Of a stretch of 64,000 nucleotides of DNA, positions 38,990 through 51,813 are shown piece by piece. Position numbers and translations under genes: made by a program. The notes beneath the pieces are model-generated. The model was given only the letters and a program-made list of their open reading frames with translations. It had not been told where the DNA came from and made no database searches. Numbering within the stretch: position 1 is the first letter of the stretch; each line of letters opens with the position of its first letter. This DNA is from Haplodiscus bocki (Eukaryota). The stretch lies in assembly GCA_965655095.1 (NCBI GenBank), contig OZ296654.1, positions 28,272,001 to 28,336,000 of the forward strand, written 5' to 3'.

Positions 38990-41900
38990 ATAGATAATTC
39001 GAGACATAAACTAGAAATAGCCGCAGATGTGATATTTGTATTTTTGTTGTTCATCAAGCAACTATTAGGAAACATTTATGAAGTACAAAGCATTTGGAAA
39101 AAATTTATACACTCTAACTTTTTCACGGAAACCGATATATCCAAAAAACCAAACAAAAACTACATAACACTGACCCTTAAAACATAAAGCAAGAAAAAAT
39201 TTAAAAAAACAAATGATAGAGAATTGAATGAAGAACTAGATAAAAAATGATTGACCCATATTACTTTACGAAAATAATTTCAAAGCAGGATTTAAAAATG
39301 TTTCAGACGGCCATCATATTAATCATAAAATTTCTAAAACAACTCAAAGACGAAAATCTTTAGAATTTGAAAAAATTAGTGTCAAGAAATTAGTAGAAAC
39401 TGGCAAATGAATTTGCAAGTTTAATAAATCAATATAATTTTAAAAATCAAAAAGTTTTTCCAGTAAGGTTTGATAAACAAAATGAAGATGATCAGGTATT
39501 AGATGAAAGTGAATTAAATTTTACTTTGAAACATTAATGTAAACTAAACGGTATCTGATATTAATGACATTCGATCTCAATTAGAACAACAGATTAAGAA
39601 TCAAACGACAAAGGATGGTGGTTAGAGATTTGATAAACTTGTTTCAAAGACAAGATAATTTCATTAAATTACTAAAATAAATGGATCATAATTTTCAAAA
39701 AATCCTATAGTATTTTCAACTAATCTAAAATACATGAAAGATGATTAATTTTGTTTCTTTTGTCAATCATAGCTCATCTTAATCATATAGCAGATTCAAT
39801 GAAGGGACACTCAACAAGAGTATCAAGTAACAGACAACTTTTTGATGAAATAGACATTCAAGGATTTGATTTTTCACTAGTATTTAAATGTAGTGATGTT
39901 CATAACTTTGAGAAACTAAAAAAATTCTCTGAAAAAATTTTTGAACTAAGTTTTTATCAAGAGGGAAAAATGGAATGGTTATCTAATTCCTTTTGAAAGT
40001 AGTAAGAAAAATGTGGACAAAGTTAATAACTTATTGATGTAACAAAACCACTATAAATTCCTTAAAAAATGCGTCTGTTTTTAGTTGGACGTGATTTTAA
40101 ATACTTATGTAGACGACGACGCGTGAGTTCTTATTCAAGTCAAAATGTTTTAATAAAACATAGGCGAAATGTGAACACAAGGAAAAAACAGCTATTAAAA
40201 CATCAATTGAATGCCATCTTTATCAGAAAAAAAACAAACATAAGAATCCAATATTTTTAAGCTGTTATGTAGTTTTTGAAGCAGATAATGGAGTTGATAA
40301 GTCCAGTATAGGAAATATAACAAGTAACATCTCTAAACAAAATACAATATGTAATGGTTGTTATGGTTGTTATATAGTCTGTATCATATGATGTTTTACA
40401 AATTGATTTTTATGAGTCACCCTACGATATGATATTATAAACTGGTTTATGGATGAGGTTAAATAAATAGAAAGTATAATGAATTTCTTCTTTGGAAACT
40501 TTAAAAATTGTAATTTTTTGACTGAAAAAGTTGAAGAACTTCAGAGACATATGAACATTTGTCAATTCCGGAGAACAAATTAGGTTCTGGTAAAGTTAAA
40601 GATCATCGTCACTTAACAGGTAAAAGTAAGGATCCCGGATAAAACAATTGTAGTTTTAACGTTACACAGAATTGAAGTAGTTTTATTGCAGTTATTTTTC
40701 ATGATTTGAGGACTTAAGATTGTCATCTGTTCTTCGAAAACTTAGTTGATAAAGAAATGATGAAGTAAGATTGATAAAAAACCTAAGACAATTGAAAAAT
40801 AAAAATCAGTAACATATGGTTGAGCTCAATTCCTTGAAAATTATCGATTTTAGTCTAGCAGTTGGGATTCGTTTGTTAAAACACTTGTGGACAACACACA
40901 CAAAACGCCGAAGACTTTGAAAAAAGAAATTGTTGCAAATTTTGTGAGTCAAGTTGGCTCTTCCAATAATGTTGGTGAAACCAATCACTCCCGAGGAGAT
41001 GATACACTACGTTTTGTTGATGAAATAGAAACATTGAATAGTAAGGATAGATTTGATATTGATTCTACTGGAGTTTTTGATGAAAAGATTTTCGGATGAA
41101 AATGAAAAATCAGAAGCAGCTTCAAATCTTTACAAATCTGAAAGTAATCCTAAAATTTTAAAAACGGAAAGTCCTGATAAATGGTTTTGTATATATTTAA
41201 AAGTATCTTGCCCCTATGAATTGTTCAATAGTTTTGTTGATTTTTAAAAACCTGTTAACAATTTGAAAATCGAAGACTTTCTCAATAAATTTAAAAACGG
41301 CCATCCCCATGACGAAGAAAAAGAAAAAAGAAAACAAAGTAATAAATTTTTTGATATGCAAAGTGGAGATGAGTCTACCAAAATATTTTCAAAGCAATGT
41401 TATTATACTCAAAGGTGCTTTCGAGAAAAATAGAAAAGTATCAACTAACGAATTTGATAACAATCCTTTCTATTGTGTTTGTCTTCCTCGTTTCACCTGG
41501 CAAAGTTGATTGAAATACACAGGTTAAAATTTTACAAACACTTTCAGTTAAAGAATCACTTTTATCCATGAAAATTATTATACGAGGAGGAATTTGATCA
41601 ATATTAGGAGATAGAGATGTAAATGAGATGAAAAAACATCAGACATAGTTGTCAAGGATTCATATGCATAGGAAATGAGTTAATCTCGACCTTATGATAA
41701 AAAATTATTCGCTGGAATTGTCAATGAGAAGACATATTAAATAAGCCTGATGAATCAAATATTGGTTATTTCATTGAAGTTGATTTGAGAAATCTTGAAA
41801 AAATTTAATAAAGTTTCACTTTGTCCTGAAAAAAAAACTAGTCCACAAGATAAATTTAGTGATTTTATGAATGAGATGAAACCGAATAATTACACACAAG

Positions 41901-42860
41901 ATGAGAAGATAGTTTGTGATTGGACTCTTAAAGAGAATTATTCAATTTATCATGGGATGTTGAAATTTTTTGTTAGACACGGAATGATAGTCGATTAGGT
42001 TTATCAGATCATTTCTTTCAAACAAAGTATAAATTTTGGTATCAAAAAAGAAATCAAGCAACAATTGATCTTCAACAGGACTTCTACAAACTACTCAACA
42101 ACGCATTTTATGGTAAACCAACGAAAAACCTGAGAAACACGATGAAAAAGGAAATTGTTAAAAAAGATGAAGAAGAAAAAATTTTTAGAAAGCAGTCAAA
42201 ATTACCATTCAATGGAATTCAAGAGCCTTTTGCTCAATATGATAGTTATTCATTTAAACAGAAGGAAGCGCTTATGGATATTACCTTTTAGCTTGGATTG
42301 GCCGTATTAGAAAAAACTAAAATGTTAATGTGTGAAACAAGTTATGATGCTCTTCAAACTTATTTGGACAAGAAAAATCACCATATCTTTTTTTGTTGCC
42401 GAATTGTTTGCACTGAACGTTTTATCAAACGATATTAACAAATACTTACAAAGTTTCAATGATTTTTTTTGATTTTAGCAATTTGAATTAAGATAATCAT
42501 TTTTTCTGTAGCAAAAACAATAAAGAATGTGGGTAAAATTGAAACAGAAAGTCCTAAGAACATTTTTAACGTTGAATTTATTTGTTTAGGAGGTAAAATA
42601 TATTCTTTTATATGTAGTGTCAAGAACACAAAAAAACTAAAAGGTATATCAAAATCACAAGTTCCTTAGTAAAAATATTAAACTTGAAGAATGTTATAAC
42701 TTTTTACTTCCACGAAAATATCAACACGATTTTTATAAATATAATACAAACTCTTTCAATTATGAAGGGTATATTCAAAAATTACGTAAATCTACATCAG
42801 AAGCTTTCGATGAGAAAAGTGGTTTGATAAATGAAAATGAGTTACAACCTGGGATTATGA
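38990..42860 (+). pseudogene. Protein-primed family B DNA polymerase (pPolB), Polinton B
   Basis: KVKDHRHLTG (40601), IFHDL, PYE, IRGG, GYFIEVDL, FYKLLNNAFYGK (42082), KIYSF, KGISKSQ, FDEK. Confidence 0.9.
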
Positions 42861-43174
42861 AATGACTTTATCATGTCACACTTCAAGAGCTTCCCAACGA
42901 TCTTTTGTACTTTACAAAATTAAAAAATAGAAAGTTTCTCATTGATGTACCATGTTTGTGTACATAACACATAACAGTAGAACCACTCGCAGCAAAGTGA
43001 ACATTTTCAAAATCTTGTTTCAAGCTTCAATACTTTCTCTGACAAGGACTTCTGTAGATGCATCCTATAGGTGATAGGCTGACCTATACCATCTCAGACC
43101 ATTCCTCCAACAAACTAATTCAGTGAAGATCGAAACTCATAGTGGTTTTCTTTTCAACTTTCCCGTTCATCGAT

Positions 43175-43238
43175 AGTAGTATAGAAAAACCCGGATTTTT
43201 GAGCCTTGCTCTAAAATCAGTATTTTTCGAGTACTACT
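43175..43238. repeat. 64-bp imperfect palindrome with AGTAGT...ACTACT ends
   Basis: AGTAGTATAGAAAAACCCGGATTTTTGAGC-CTT-GCTCTAAAATCAGTATTTTTCGAGTACTACT. Confidence 0.7.
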
Positions 43239-45229
43239 ACCTGTATCAAAATCACATTGAAAAAAAAGTCTTCAAGTGTATACACAGCGTGAAACGAAGT
43301 CTATATCTATATCATGCAGGTTGGAAAAATTGACACGATCAATGGGGAACTTCGCCAGGAATGCTCTTTGAGTATTGCTCGAAATAGTACTGTGAAAAAT
43401 TGGCCAGTGAAATTTTTTAAAGTTTTTTACGTAAAAAAACTTAGTCTGAATTTTGAAAAGACTTCTCAAAATATTTTCCTTTGCCTTCTTCATTTTATTG
43501 TCACAAAAGTTACAGAAACAAAAGGTGATCCTTACAAAATTATTAACGTTCGCAAATTGATCTCAAGTTAAAGCAAGAAAATGCATGGCACGATTACCAA
43601 CAACTTGATTTCAAAGACTTCAAAGTAAATTTCTCATGATACTTTTTGAAGCTCGTTTTTTTAACCTGATTTCAAAAACATTTGTTCCTCAATTTCCAGT
43701 TTTTACCTTTATTCTTCCGTGTAACAGTCAATTTTCGTTCCAAACCAGAAGAAGTTTGTTTTTCCGTTATTCATGGCATTTTTTTGGAGAAAAGAATCAA
43801 TTTTTAAGAAAAAGCTTGTCTCTCTTCTCAATGTGAATGTATTTCTTCTTTTTCCATTTTCGTAGATGATTTTTATCCACATTTTGATTTATGATGATCA
43901 AAAGGTTCGAAAAAATTACCTGCTGTTTTTAACAATGCCTCCTTCTCAATGCTATCGAAAGTGGGACAGTGAAGTTTTTTTTGGAAAAATTTACGCAAGA
44001 CAGAAATATCTACATTTTTTTTGTAAAATTTCCTGCATACTCACGAATCATCATTCAATTGAAGACTTCTAGGCAGCATTAAATTGTACAAAGAAAGAAG
44101 TTTGATGACGATTTAAGATAACGAAGCCAGCTCTTAAAAATTGATCGCCACAGCAGTGAAACATTTCTTTTGTGATTTTTGCAAAAAAATTTTCACCAGG
44201 AAGTGTTATTAGGAGCACATAAGAAGAAATAACCACCCAATTAAAAACGAGGATAAAACCAAATGTGAAACATGTAAAAAAAACTACGAAAAGAATCACA
44301 ATTGTTATAGAAAATGTACATTTTGTCTTTTCCATTTTAATATTAACGATTTGAAGATCAGAAATTGTCAGTATTTCTTCCAGGAAACAAATATCCGGTG
44401 TAATTTTTTCAATCGAAGAAATATTCTTTCTATTAACTGGAATGGGATCTCGATAGAGCAATGAAAAGTTTGAACTGAAAAAAAATGTACAAAAAAACAG
44501 AAGGGAATCAATTTAACCGAACAAAGAAAGTACAGTTCTAGACAAGAACAAAAGAGACAGAGTTCGAAAAAAAAGAGCAGAAGAAAAAGAGTGCTTCACA
44601 ATTGACAGTCTTTCTCTCGTAAAGATAACGTAAGTACCAAGACCAGAATTATACTACTATTTAATTTCTCAGTCAAGTAAAATGATAATTCCATCGAAAC
44701 CAGGGTTGTCAGGAGCGCCTGTAAATTTCATCAAATCACAAATTTGACTTTCTGGAACATTTTTTTGAAGTTTTAAATCAAGAAAATTTTCATCAGGGTT
44801 ATATGTTTCACAAATTCAAAACAATTATTTCAATATTTTCAAAACTGATCGCTACCAGATAACGACTACGATAATTATGTTGAATTTTAAATCTGTTCAT
44901 TTTTTTTGTTTAATATAATAACAAAAATTCAACTACAAATGGCTGTTCCGAATGAAACGAAGATTTTCGGAGATTTTATTAAAAGTCACGAAGTATTTCT
45001 CAAAGAAAAAAATGTTCACTCTGGAAAAAAAGTTTTTTACTCAAATTAAATGTCCTCTATTTTTCATAATAAATCAATCTCCAAGTCCGAAAAACTAGAC
45101 CCAACTTCTCTACTGAGATTATGTGAGTGAACCAAAGTGAATCATGTAACTTAGGGAGAAAAAACTAAAAACCTGACCTGCAACCGCAAACAACTTGCAG
45201 CAGAATTAGGTTGCTGACTAAGAGCAGCT

Positions 45230-45429
45230 NNNNNNNNNNNNNNNNNNNNNNNNNNNNNNNNNNNNNNNNNNNNNNNNNNNNNNNNNNNNNNNNNNNNNNN
45301 NNNNNNNNNNNNNNNNNNNNNNNNNNNNNNNNNNNNNNNNNNNNNNNNNNNNNNNNNNNNNNNNNNNNNNNNNNNNNNNNNNNNNNNNNNNNNNNNNNNN
45401 NNNNNNNNNNNNNNNNNNNNNNNNNNNNN
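45230..45429. other. Assembly gap (200 N)
   Basis: Run of n. Confidence 1.
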
Positions 45430-48400
45430 ACTTTATACAGGTGCCGACGAGCGCGAAAACCAGCCTGTGCAGAACAGAATGACAGGACGTCACCTACGTC
45501 AGGGCGGCTCCTCGTGGACGCTGTTCCTGCACAAAGGACTGGTACTCAGCCCGGCACGTCTCAACCTCGCTCCCCTGGTCCAACCCTTCTCCAGCAGCCC
45601 ATCCAAGAGCTTGTTGAAAAGCTGTAAAGGTGCAACATCGTCCCCACCAACCACAATCGCAGGGCAGAAACAACTTAAACCGTGTCCGATGACAGAGCGT
45701 GCAGCAACGGTAGACAGAACACAATTCACGAAATCTTCTAGAAACCGGCGTGCATCACAACGGAATTCCTTTTGTAGATAATGGCTACCGACTTTGCCCA
45801 ACGCAACCATCACACGGGTCCCTTCCAAAAAGTTCTTATCATCGATGGCTGGAAATCGAGAATGATTCGGGACAACGTATTCTTTCCACTGTTCGACGAG
45901 AGGCAATGAGGACGCTTTCTTATTTTCTGCAGCAGGCAATATATGAATCGCGCCAACTCTCCAAAGCGTGGTAACCCTGATCTGCTGCAGTGGAGGAGTG
46001 AATGAATTAATTGGCAACTGAAACAGAAACATGTGCTATAGACAGGGCGACATTGATTACGCCCACTCAAGTCTCACTAACATGTAAAAATCCACCTCAA
46101 AGCAAAACATGGAATCCTGGTGGAATGGCACTAATGTGATCCCAGGGGGGACTAGCGAATTGTCCCGGAACCACGACCCCCCCCCCCCGATCACACAAAG
46201 AAAAACAGATTATAGACCTACTTACAGAGTTCAAGAAGAAAATGCAACAGAAGGAACTTCACGCGTGCCATTTGGTCCATGTAAAAGTACCCGTCAATCC
46301 CCTTCTTCTGAAACACAACACGGCACAATTAGGAGGGGTACGGAAACTGCACCAGCATGACCAAAAGAAAGAAAGACCTTACCACAAGACTATCCCCGTC
46401 GTCTTTGCGTCCCGTCTCCTTCAAATAGGAGACAATCAGGGGCCAAACGCCGATGATATTGGCAACGACGTCAACAGGATGTGGCATACTCAAGTCGTTG
46501 GTCAGGATGGCCTTTTTCAAAGCGGGACGGGAGGACATCCAATCCCGCGTCTCAGCGCCCTTTAGCCGATTGACGATGAATTCAGTCATAGCCAGCCCGT
46601 CTAAACTCCCGAACACACTGGAGGATGTCCGCTGCAAGCACCGTCTAAAAAGCCGAAGATCGAAAACTGGGTAGTCAATGAGTTTTTGACGGTACCCATT
46701 GCCCAGATACTCACAGAAGGCTTCCACAAGGACGGTCAAGCCACCACTAATTGACGCCACCGAAACGTCAGGCCCTAGCGCATCCACCACCCGACCCAAT
46801 GCTGTGACTTCCCGATGAGGATCGCTGCTGTAGCGATCCAACGTGGCCACACAAACTCGTCTGAAGGTGTCTACATCCCAAGTGCGCAGAAACACCCGCA
46901 CCTTGTCACCTTCCTCCTCGAACTCCACACTGCAGCTCCCGTGTGACCTGGCCCAGTTCAAACAGCGCGAAAGAATCCGTGGATACCTCCCATTCAGGAT
47001 AATGGACTAGAACAGCAAACAAACTGGATGCACACAGGCACGTAGAACATACGGAGCAACCTATAACTACTAACCAAGACCTCGTCGCGTGACCACGTGA
47101 CATCCACGTTGACACGAACGGCAGACAAAGTGAACTGCGCCCAGAGACGGTAGACGAGCTCAAAGCTTCCACACAGACGCAGCACTTTAATGAGGGATGA
47201 AACCTTCGCCATCACCCCAGATTCGGGTCCACAGCACCAGTTTCGTCAACAATGACGTCTTCTGAGAATGGGTACTCCCTGTCTCTCACGACCAAAGGAG
47301 CCCTCATGATCTTCTCTCGCTGCTGGCGCTCTACCTCTGCTGGACTCATGACGTTCCCCTCATAGTCAAGCACTTCCAGCCTGGTGTCTCCAACCGCAAA
47401 CGTTGATCGCGCGGAAAGTGTTTGCAGCCCTGGAAGTGCCGCAAAATCTCGTGATGACCATGAGTCACCACAGAAACGTCTTTGCGACAAATTCTGCAGT
47501 AAAAATGACTGGGTTTTGTCGCAACATCTGTCGGCCCAGTCACAAAGAATCGCCCAACGTCACTCGTTCCCCAAGCTCGCTTCATCTTGTACGTCTTCTT
47601 CGAACGTAACCTCCGCCGTGGCTCACCAGCATGACTCTCATCACCACTCGTGTCAGTGGTATCGCCGAACCGAGAAGAACACGAAATGGCCTCTGTTCCA
47701 CCTGCTCCAGTCGGCTCAGAACATCATCTAATCCTGTGAACAGCAAGTCTGCGTGAAATATGTGGACAAAAGGAGAAAAATGAGAATGCAAAAATTATGC
47801 TGCACTACAAAACACGAAGGAAAGAAAACATTATGTGCTGCTGAAAGAAACAATACTAACTTGTCGCAGTCGGCTCAAGAATTTGCGCCCGCTCCTCAGC
47901 ACACACAAAACGACACAGACTCACCAGCTGGTGACCTGTCGCATTGATGGGCGTAATAGCAGGATCCGCGGAAAAGTGGTCTAAAACAAAAACAACGGAA
48001 ATGAGGAACCGCCGTGGGACGCCACTATGAAATTCCTCAATTTGAATAATACCAACCATCGTCGAAAGCCTGCTCAAGTAATGCTCGACTGTGGTTCCGA
48101 CCCGAAGAGTCTTTTGAATCTAACGCACTCCGCGCCAGAGGCACCAGGCGACGAGAAATCCTGGCACTGCGTGACCGCCTCTGTCTTCTTGTTTCAGCTT
48201 CTGTTGAAATGTCCCCCTCTCCGGTGTCAACTGTTGGGACTTCTATTGGACCTGAAAACGAACAGAGATGAGACCGACCTAAATGTCCCCTAGCACAACA
48301 CGTAGAACAATACATACTTGACTCGTAATCCATGGGAGCATGTACTGTGACGCCAAGACTGTCCTCGCATGACGTGCGCCCAACTTCAAACTCAGTCCCG

Positions 48401-48992
48401 GAACAACCCGGAGCAAAAGCATCACTAACGTTTGGATGGCCAGCAGGCTCACCAGACGAATCAAACACTAAAACACAACAGCCCCATGATGCCTTCTTCA
48501 TGATGAGGCGCGCGCTGTTTACTAGCTTATGGAAAGTATGAGTGGCCACCATATGAATCCAACAAACCAAAAAGCTAAAGAGCTATGAAGAAAGAAGACT
48601 CACGTGTAGGCAAACGAGATGTGCCAACAACACCCTCAGCCAAGGTCTCTACTGATAAGTTTGCCCGCACCAACGCATCAGCAAACGTCCAGCCTTCAGA
48701 CTCTGCACCACCTGCTGCACTGATCCCGCTCATGATGTCGACAAAACTATCGTTGTCATCTCCCTCTCCTTCGCGATAACCTACAGTGCTCTTCTCGCCA
48801 GAAACAGCATTTCCAGATTCTCCAACGCACTCCTCGTCTTCCTCCACAACCGCAGACACTCCGGGAACAACACGAACATTTGGCACCAAGCTCACAGTTG
48901 ATGTTGTCTCGTCAATCGCCAATTTCCCCTCCGCTGAACTCGACACGCCCTGAGTGAAGAGAGCGGCCAATCTACTCTCCGAACTTGCTATT
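45430..48992 (-). pseudogene. Multi-exon hAT-transposase-like gene (BED-like Zn finger; expected catalytic Asp residues apparently substituted), a few frameshifts, 3' end in the gap
   Basis: FYCRICRKDVSV..GHHEILRHFQGCKH; CSVEFEE..VRVFLRTWD; GT-AG introns of 66-76 bp restore the frame; higher GC than the flanks. Confidence 0.6.
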
Positions 48993-49409
48993 CAGATTCA
49001 GTGCAAGACGTGGCTAATGGGCTAATGAGCTAATATTTTTACATGGTGGATTTACAAATTTATTCATGAAATTCTAATTATTATTATTCAAAAGTCTGAT
49101 TAATTTGTCTGCCAGCAATGACGTCAGCATGCATTTTCAAGGACATCTTGAGGAATCACACTCAAATATTCCTTGAATTTGAAAAATCCATTTTGAGATT
49201 TGTTTACATCTCATTTAACTTCAACTGCACTCTTGACTTCCTACCTTCCATTGATGCAGAGCAGCGGCGCGGGAACATCAAAGGTCATCCCGCTTCAGCA
49301 AAGTGGACGATTATTATCAGTGATACTGATCACTCTACCAATCTTCATCTAGTGAAATCAGTTGCTTCGATCAGATAAATACTCTTCAAAATTTCTTACA
49401 ACTTTTAAG

Positions 49410-50079
49410 ATGGCACTCAATTTATCACTCAACTCGACTGACTCTGATGTTTTTTATGTGGAGCAATCGTCAAATGACCAAAGCGTACCAAGACCCAATA
49501 CGCCGATTGTCCTTAACTCCACAGAGATATCAGGTGATGATACCCGAGAAATGATCTCTATATCATCAATTTCATCGCCTGAACCACAGATTGTGACAAT
49601 TGATGATGATTCCAATGAGCCTACAATGCTTTATGGTTTTGGACGGCAGCTCGATCGTTCCCCCAAGTCTGAATGACTTGAACCTGCCGCCCAATTCCTT
49701 TAATATCCTGGCGACGATGGCCATAGCTAACAACACCCAAGAAGCTAACGGAAACGACTACAGCCCGGAATCACCTGACCCGTCAGTACCGTCCTCAATA
49801 TCGACGCCCCGAATGAACGCCAGTGCCTTCAACAGCTGGGAGACGTCATACACTACCACTGACGACGACACATTCCACTCAAGCGACGAACCTAGAAGGA
49901 TATATTTCCTTCCTCGAAGTCCCTCACCGACGCCATCACCTCCACGAAGGCAGAAAAGAAAGTTGAGCCTGGGAATGTCCTTTCCAAAAGAGGAGGGACT
50001 GTCGCAGCACATCTGCGAAGCCTGCGGTCAGACGATCCCCTCAACAAAGGACACCCCAGGTCCATCTAGCAGAAGTTAG
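49410..50079 (+). pseudogene. Extra 3' ORF of an LTR retrotransposon (Ser/Pro/acidic-rich, NLS-like motif, CxxC), one frameshift
   Basis: ORFs 49362..49676 and 49600..50079 join near 49655. The ORF runs through the PPT and stops inside the LTR. Confidence 0.6.
49986..49999 (+). other. Polypurine tract
   Basis: AAAAGAGGAGGGAC immediately before the LTR TG. Confidence 0.8.
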
Positions 50080-51813
50080 AGACAGCAACGATACTTCGAA
50101 CTTATATACAAACTCTTAAACTTGAAGCCCTATTTATTTAATTCATGAATTCATTTAATTATACTTAAGGATACGTAGTAGATACGTATCCACCTAATAC
50201 GCACACATGTAATTTAGGTGGACGATACGTAGTAGTTACGTATCGTCCCATAACATTTATTTCATATAAAAAGCACGTATCCGATACGTGTATTTCTGGT
50301 GAACTGATCCTTATTGGGACGGAATAGATGCGGAACAAACGAACATTCACTGATTTTTTTTGTATTAATTTTAGGTGCTATTTTATATAACTAATCTAAC
50401 TAATTATTATATAAATCCACCTTTTTGAATGTGCAGTAATCTATTTAGATTGACAGCTGTAACAAGTTTTCAATAGCTTAACTATTAGAACAGAGCTTGA
50501 CTTTGAAAGTGAATATTTGTTCCGTATGTGTTCCGTCGTAACTAATCTCGTGACGTCGCAAGAATTTCAGCCAATCCGCTGAGCTACTACGCTGTTTCAT
50601 TTTGAACGGCCACGGGACGTCAACGTAGCCACCAGAATCATTCTCCTTAGTAGTACTGCGAAAGGCAGTCCTACAAGCGGCTACGTAGCCGCCACGGAAC
50701 ACTCCGGCCAAAGTGAGGCCTGAGCTGGCAAAAACGTGGAAAGGGCTAGGATTTACGCCTAGTTTGTTCCAAACAGTAGTTTTAATCGACGCAGCATGTA
50801 ATCATGAATCTTTTGAGACTATAAACTTTAATTTTCCTTACTTTAAAATATTTTCCGACTGTATTATTGTATTTATTCCCTGTATGGAAATGACTTTGAC
50901 CTTTTGTTTATGTTATTATTTATGATGTCGGCGAGGGAATAACCACTTTGATGTCCATTTGCGACGGATCGGACCGTACTTTTTTCTGTCGGAAGATGAA
51001 AAAGACGCGCTCCGTGAGGAAAGAAATGGACGGAAGGGTGTTTATTTCCCGCCAGAGTCGTCACCCCATTTCTTTGATAAATAATATGATTAAAGTACTT
51101 TTCCCTATTTCTACCTTGATCTGGCGTGTAAACAATTATGTTTCCCGCCAAGGAAATGTATAAATAGGAGAAATAAAAGTACAAGTATTTTTATATAAAT
51201 TGTAGCCTTTCGGTTCGGTACTTTTATAAAAATCTTGCGACTGTTTAGTAATTGTTGTTTTCTAAAATCATCTTCTGACTTTTATACGATTGGAACTTGA
51301 TCCCTCTTACCAAGAGGAAATTCATCAATATTAAAAATACAAGATATAAATTCAGTCTTCATCACTGACAAGATTTTTCCCCTCAAGAATTATGGCAACA
51401 CTGAGAAACAAGAAAAAATTAGCGGCAGTGTCAAGAGAAACGCCCGACAGCAGGCAGTAGAGCCGGTAGAGGACGGAATGTACTTGACCCTGAGTTAACC
51501 CAGGATTACATCTCCCAGGTCTCCGAGGAGATTGAGGGGTGGGTAACTAAGAAACTGTCGAAGGAGTTTAACAAAACGGAGTCACGTATCTTGGGTGCTC
51601 TATCGAAACTTGACGAGTTTCTTCTTAACCCACAAGTTCGGACTTGTTCTGTAGCCGCTCACGGAACGTCCAGAAACTCTAATTTAGAAAACCGGGAAAC
51701 TCATGAGGATCGCTCCTCAAACGATCCTTATCCCGAAGGGTGGTATTTTCCTCACCACTCAGGACAACTCAATAGTTCTGAGGCAGACATGGTGACTGAA
51801 TCCTATCCTCACA
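50000..51813 (+). mobile_element. 3' LTR (family 1), 1814 bp
   Basis: TGTCGCAG...CCTCACA, homologous end to end with solo LTR 22856-24406, preceded by a PPT. Confidence 0.88.
51392..51813 (+). pseudogene. LTR-encoded putative Gag N-terminus (MATLRNKKKLAAVSRETP...), frameshifted
   Basis: Homologue of 22764..23264. Confidence 0.65.

Larger units (their letters stand above)
26815..42965 (+). mobile_element. Polinton/Maverick relic B, near-complete gene set, all pseudogenised
   Basis: ATPase, minor capsid, major capsid, protease, integrase and pPolB are all co-oriented. AGTAGT at 26815. 27210-27450 is inverted relative to 42710-42960. Confidence 0.9.

Noticed and set aside
44069-44461. 130-aa hydrophobic ORF as a membrane protein
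   Set aside because: Hydrophobicity follows from T-rich composition; no homology recognised.
45211-45627. ORFs spanning X runs
   Set aside because: Artefacts of the N gap.
45467-48779. Numerous plus-strand ORFs
   Set aside because: Shadows of the GC-rich minus-strand gene; no gag/pol motifs.
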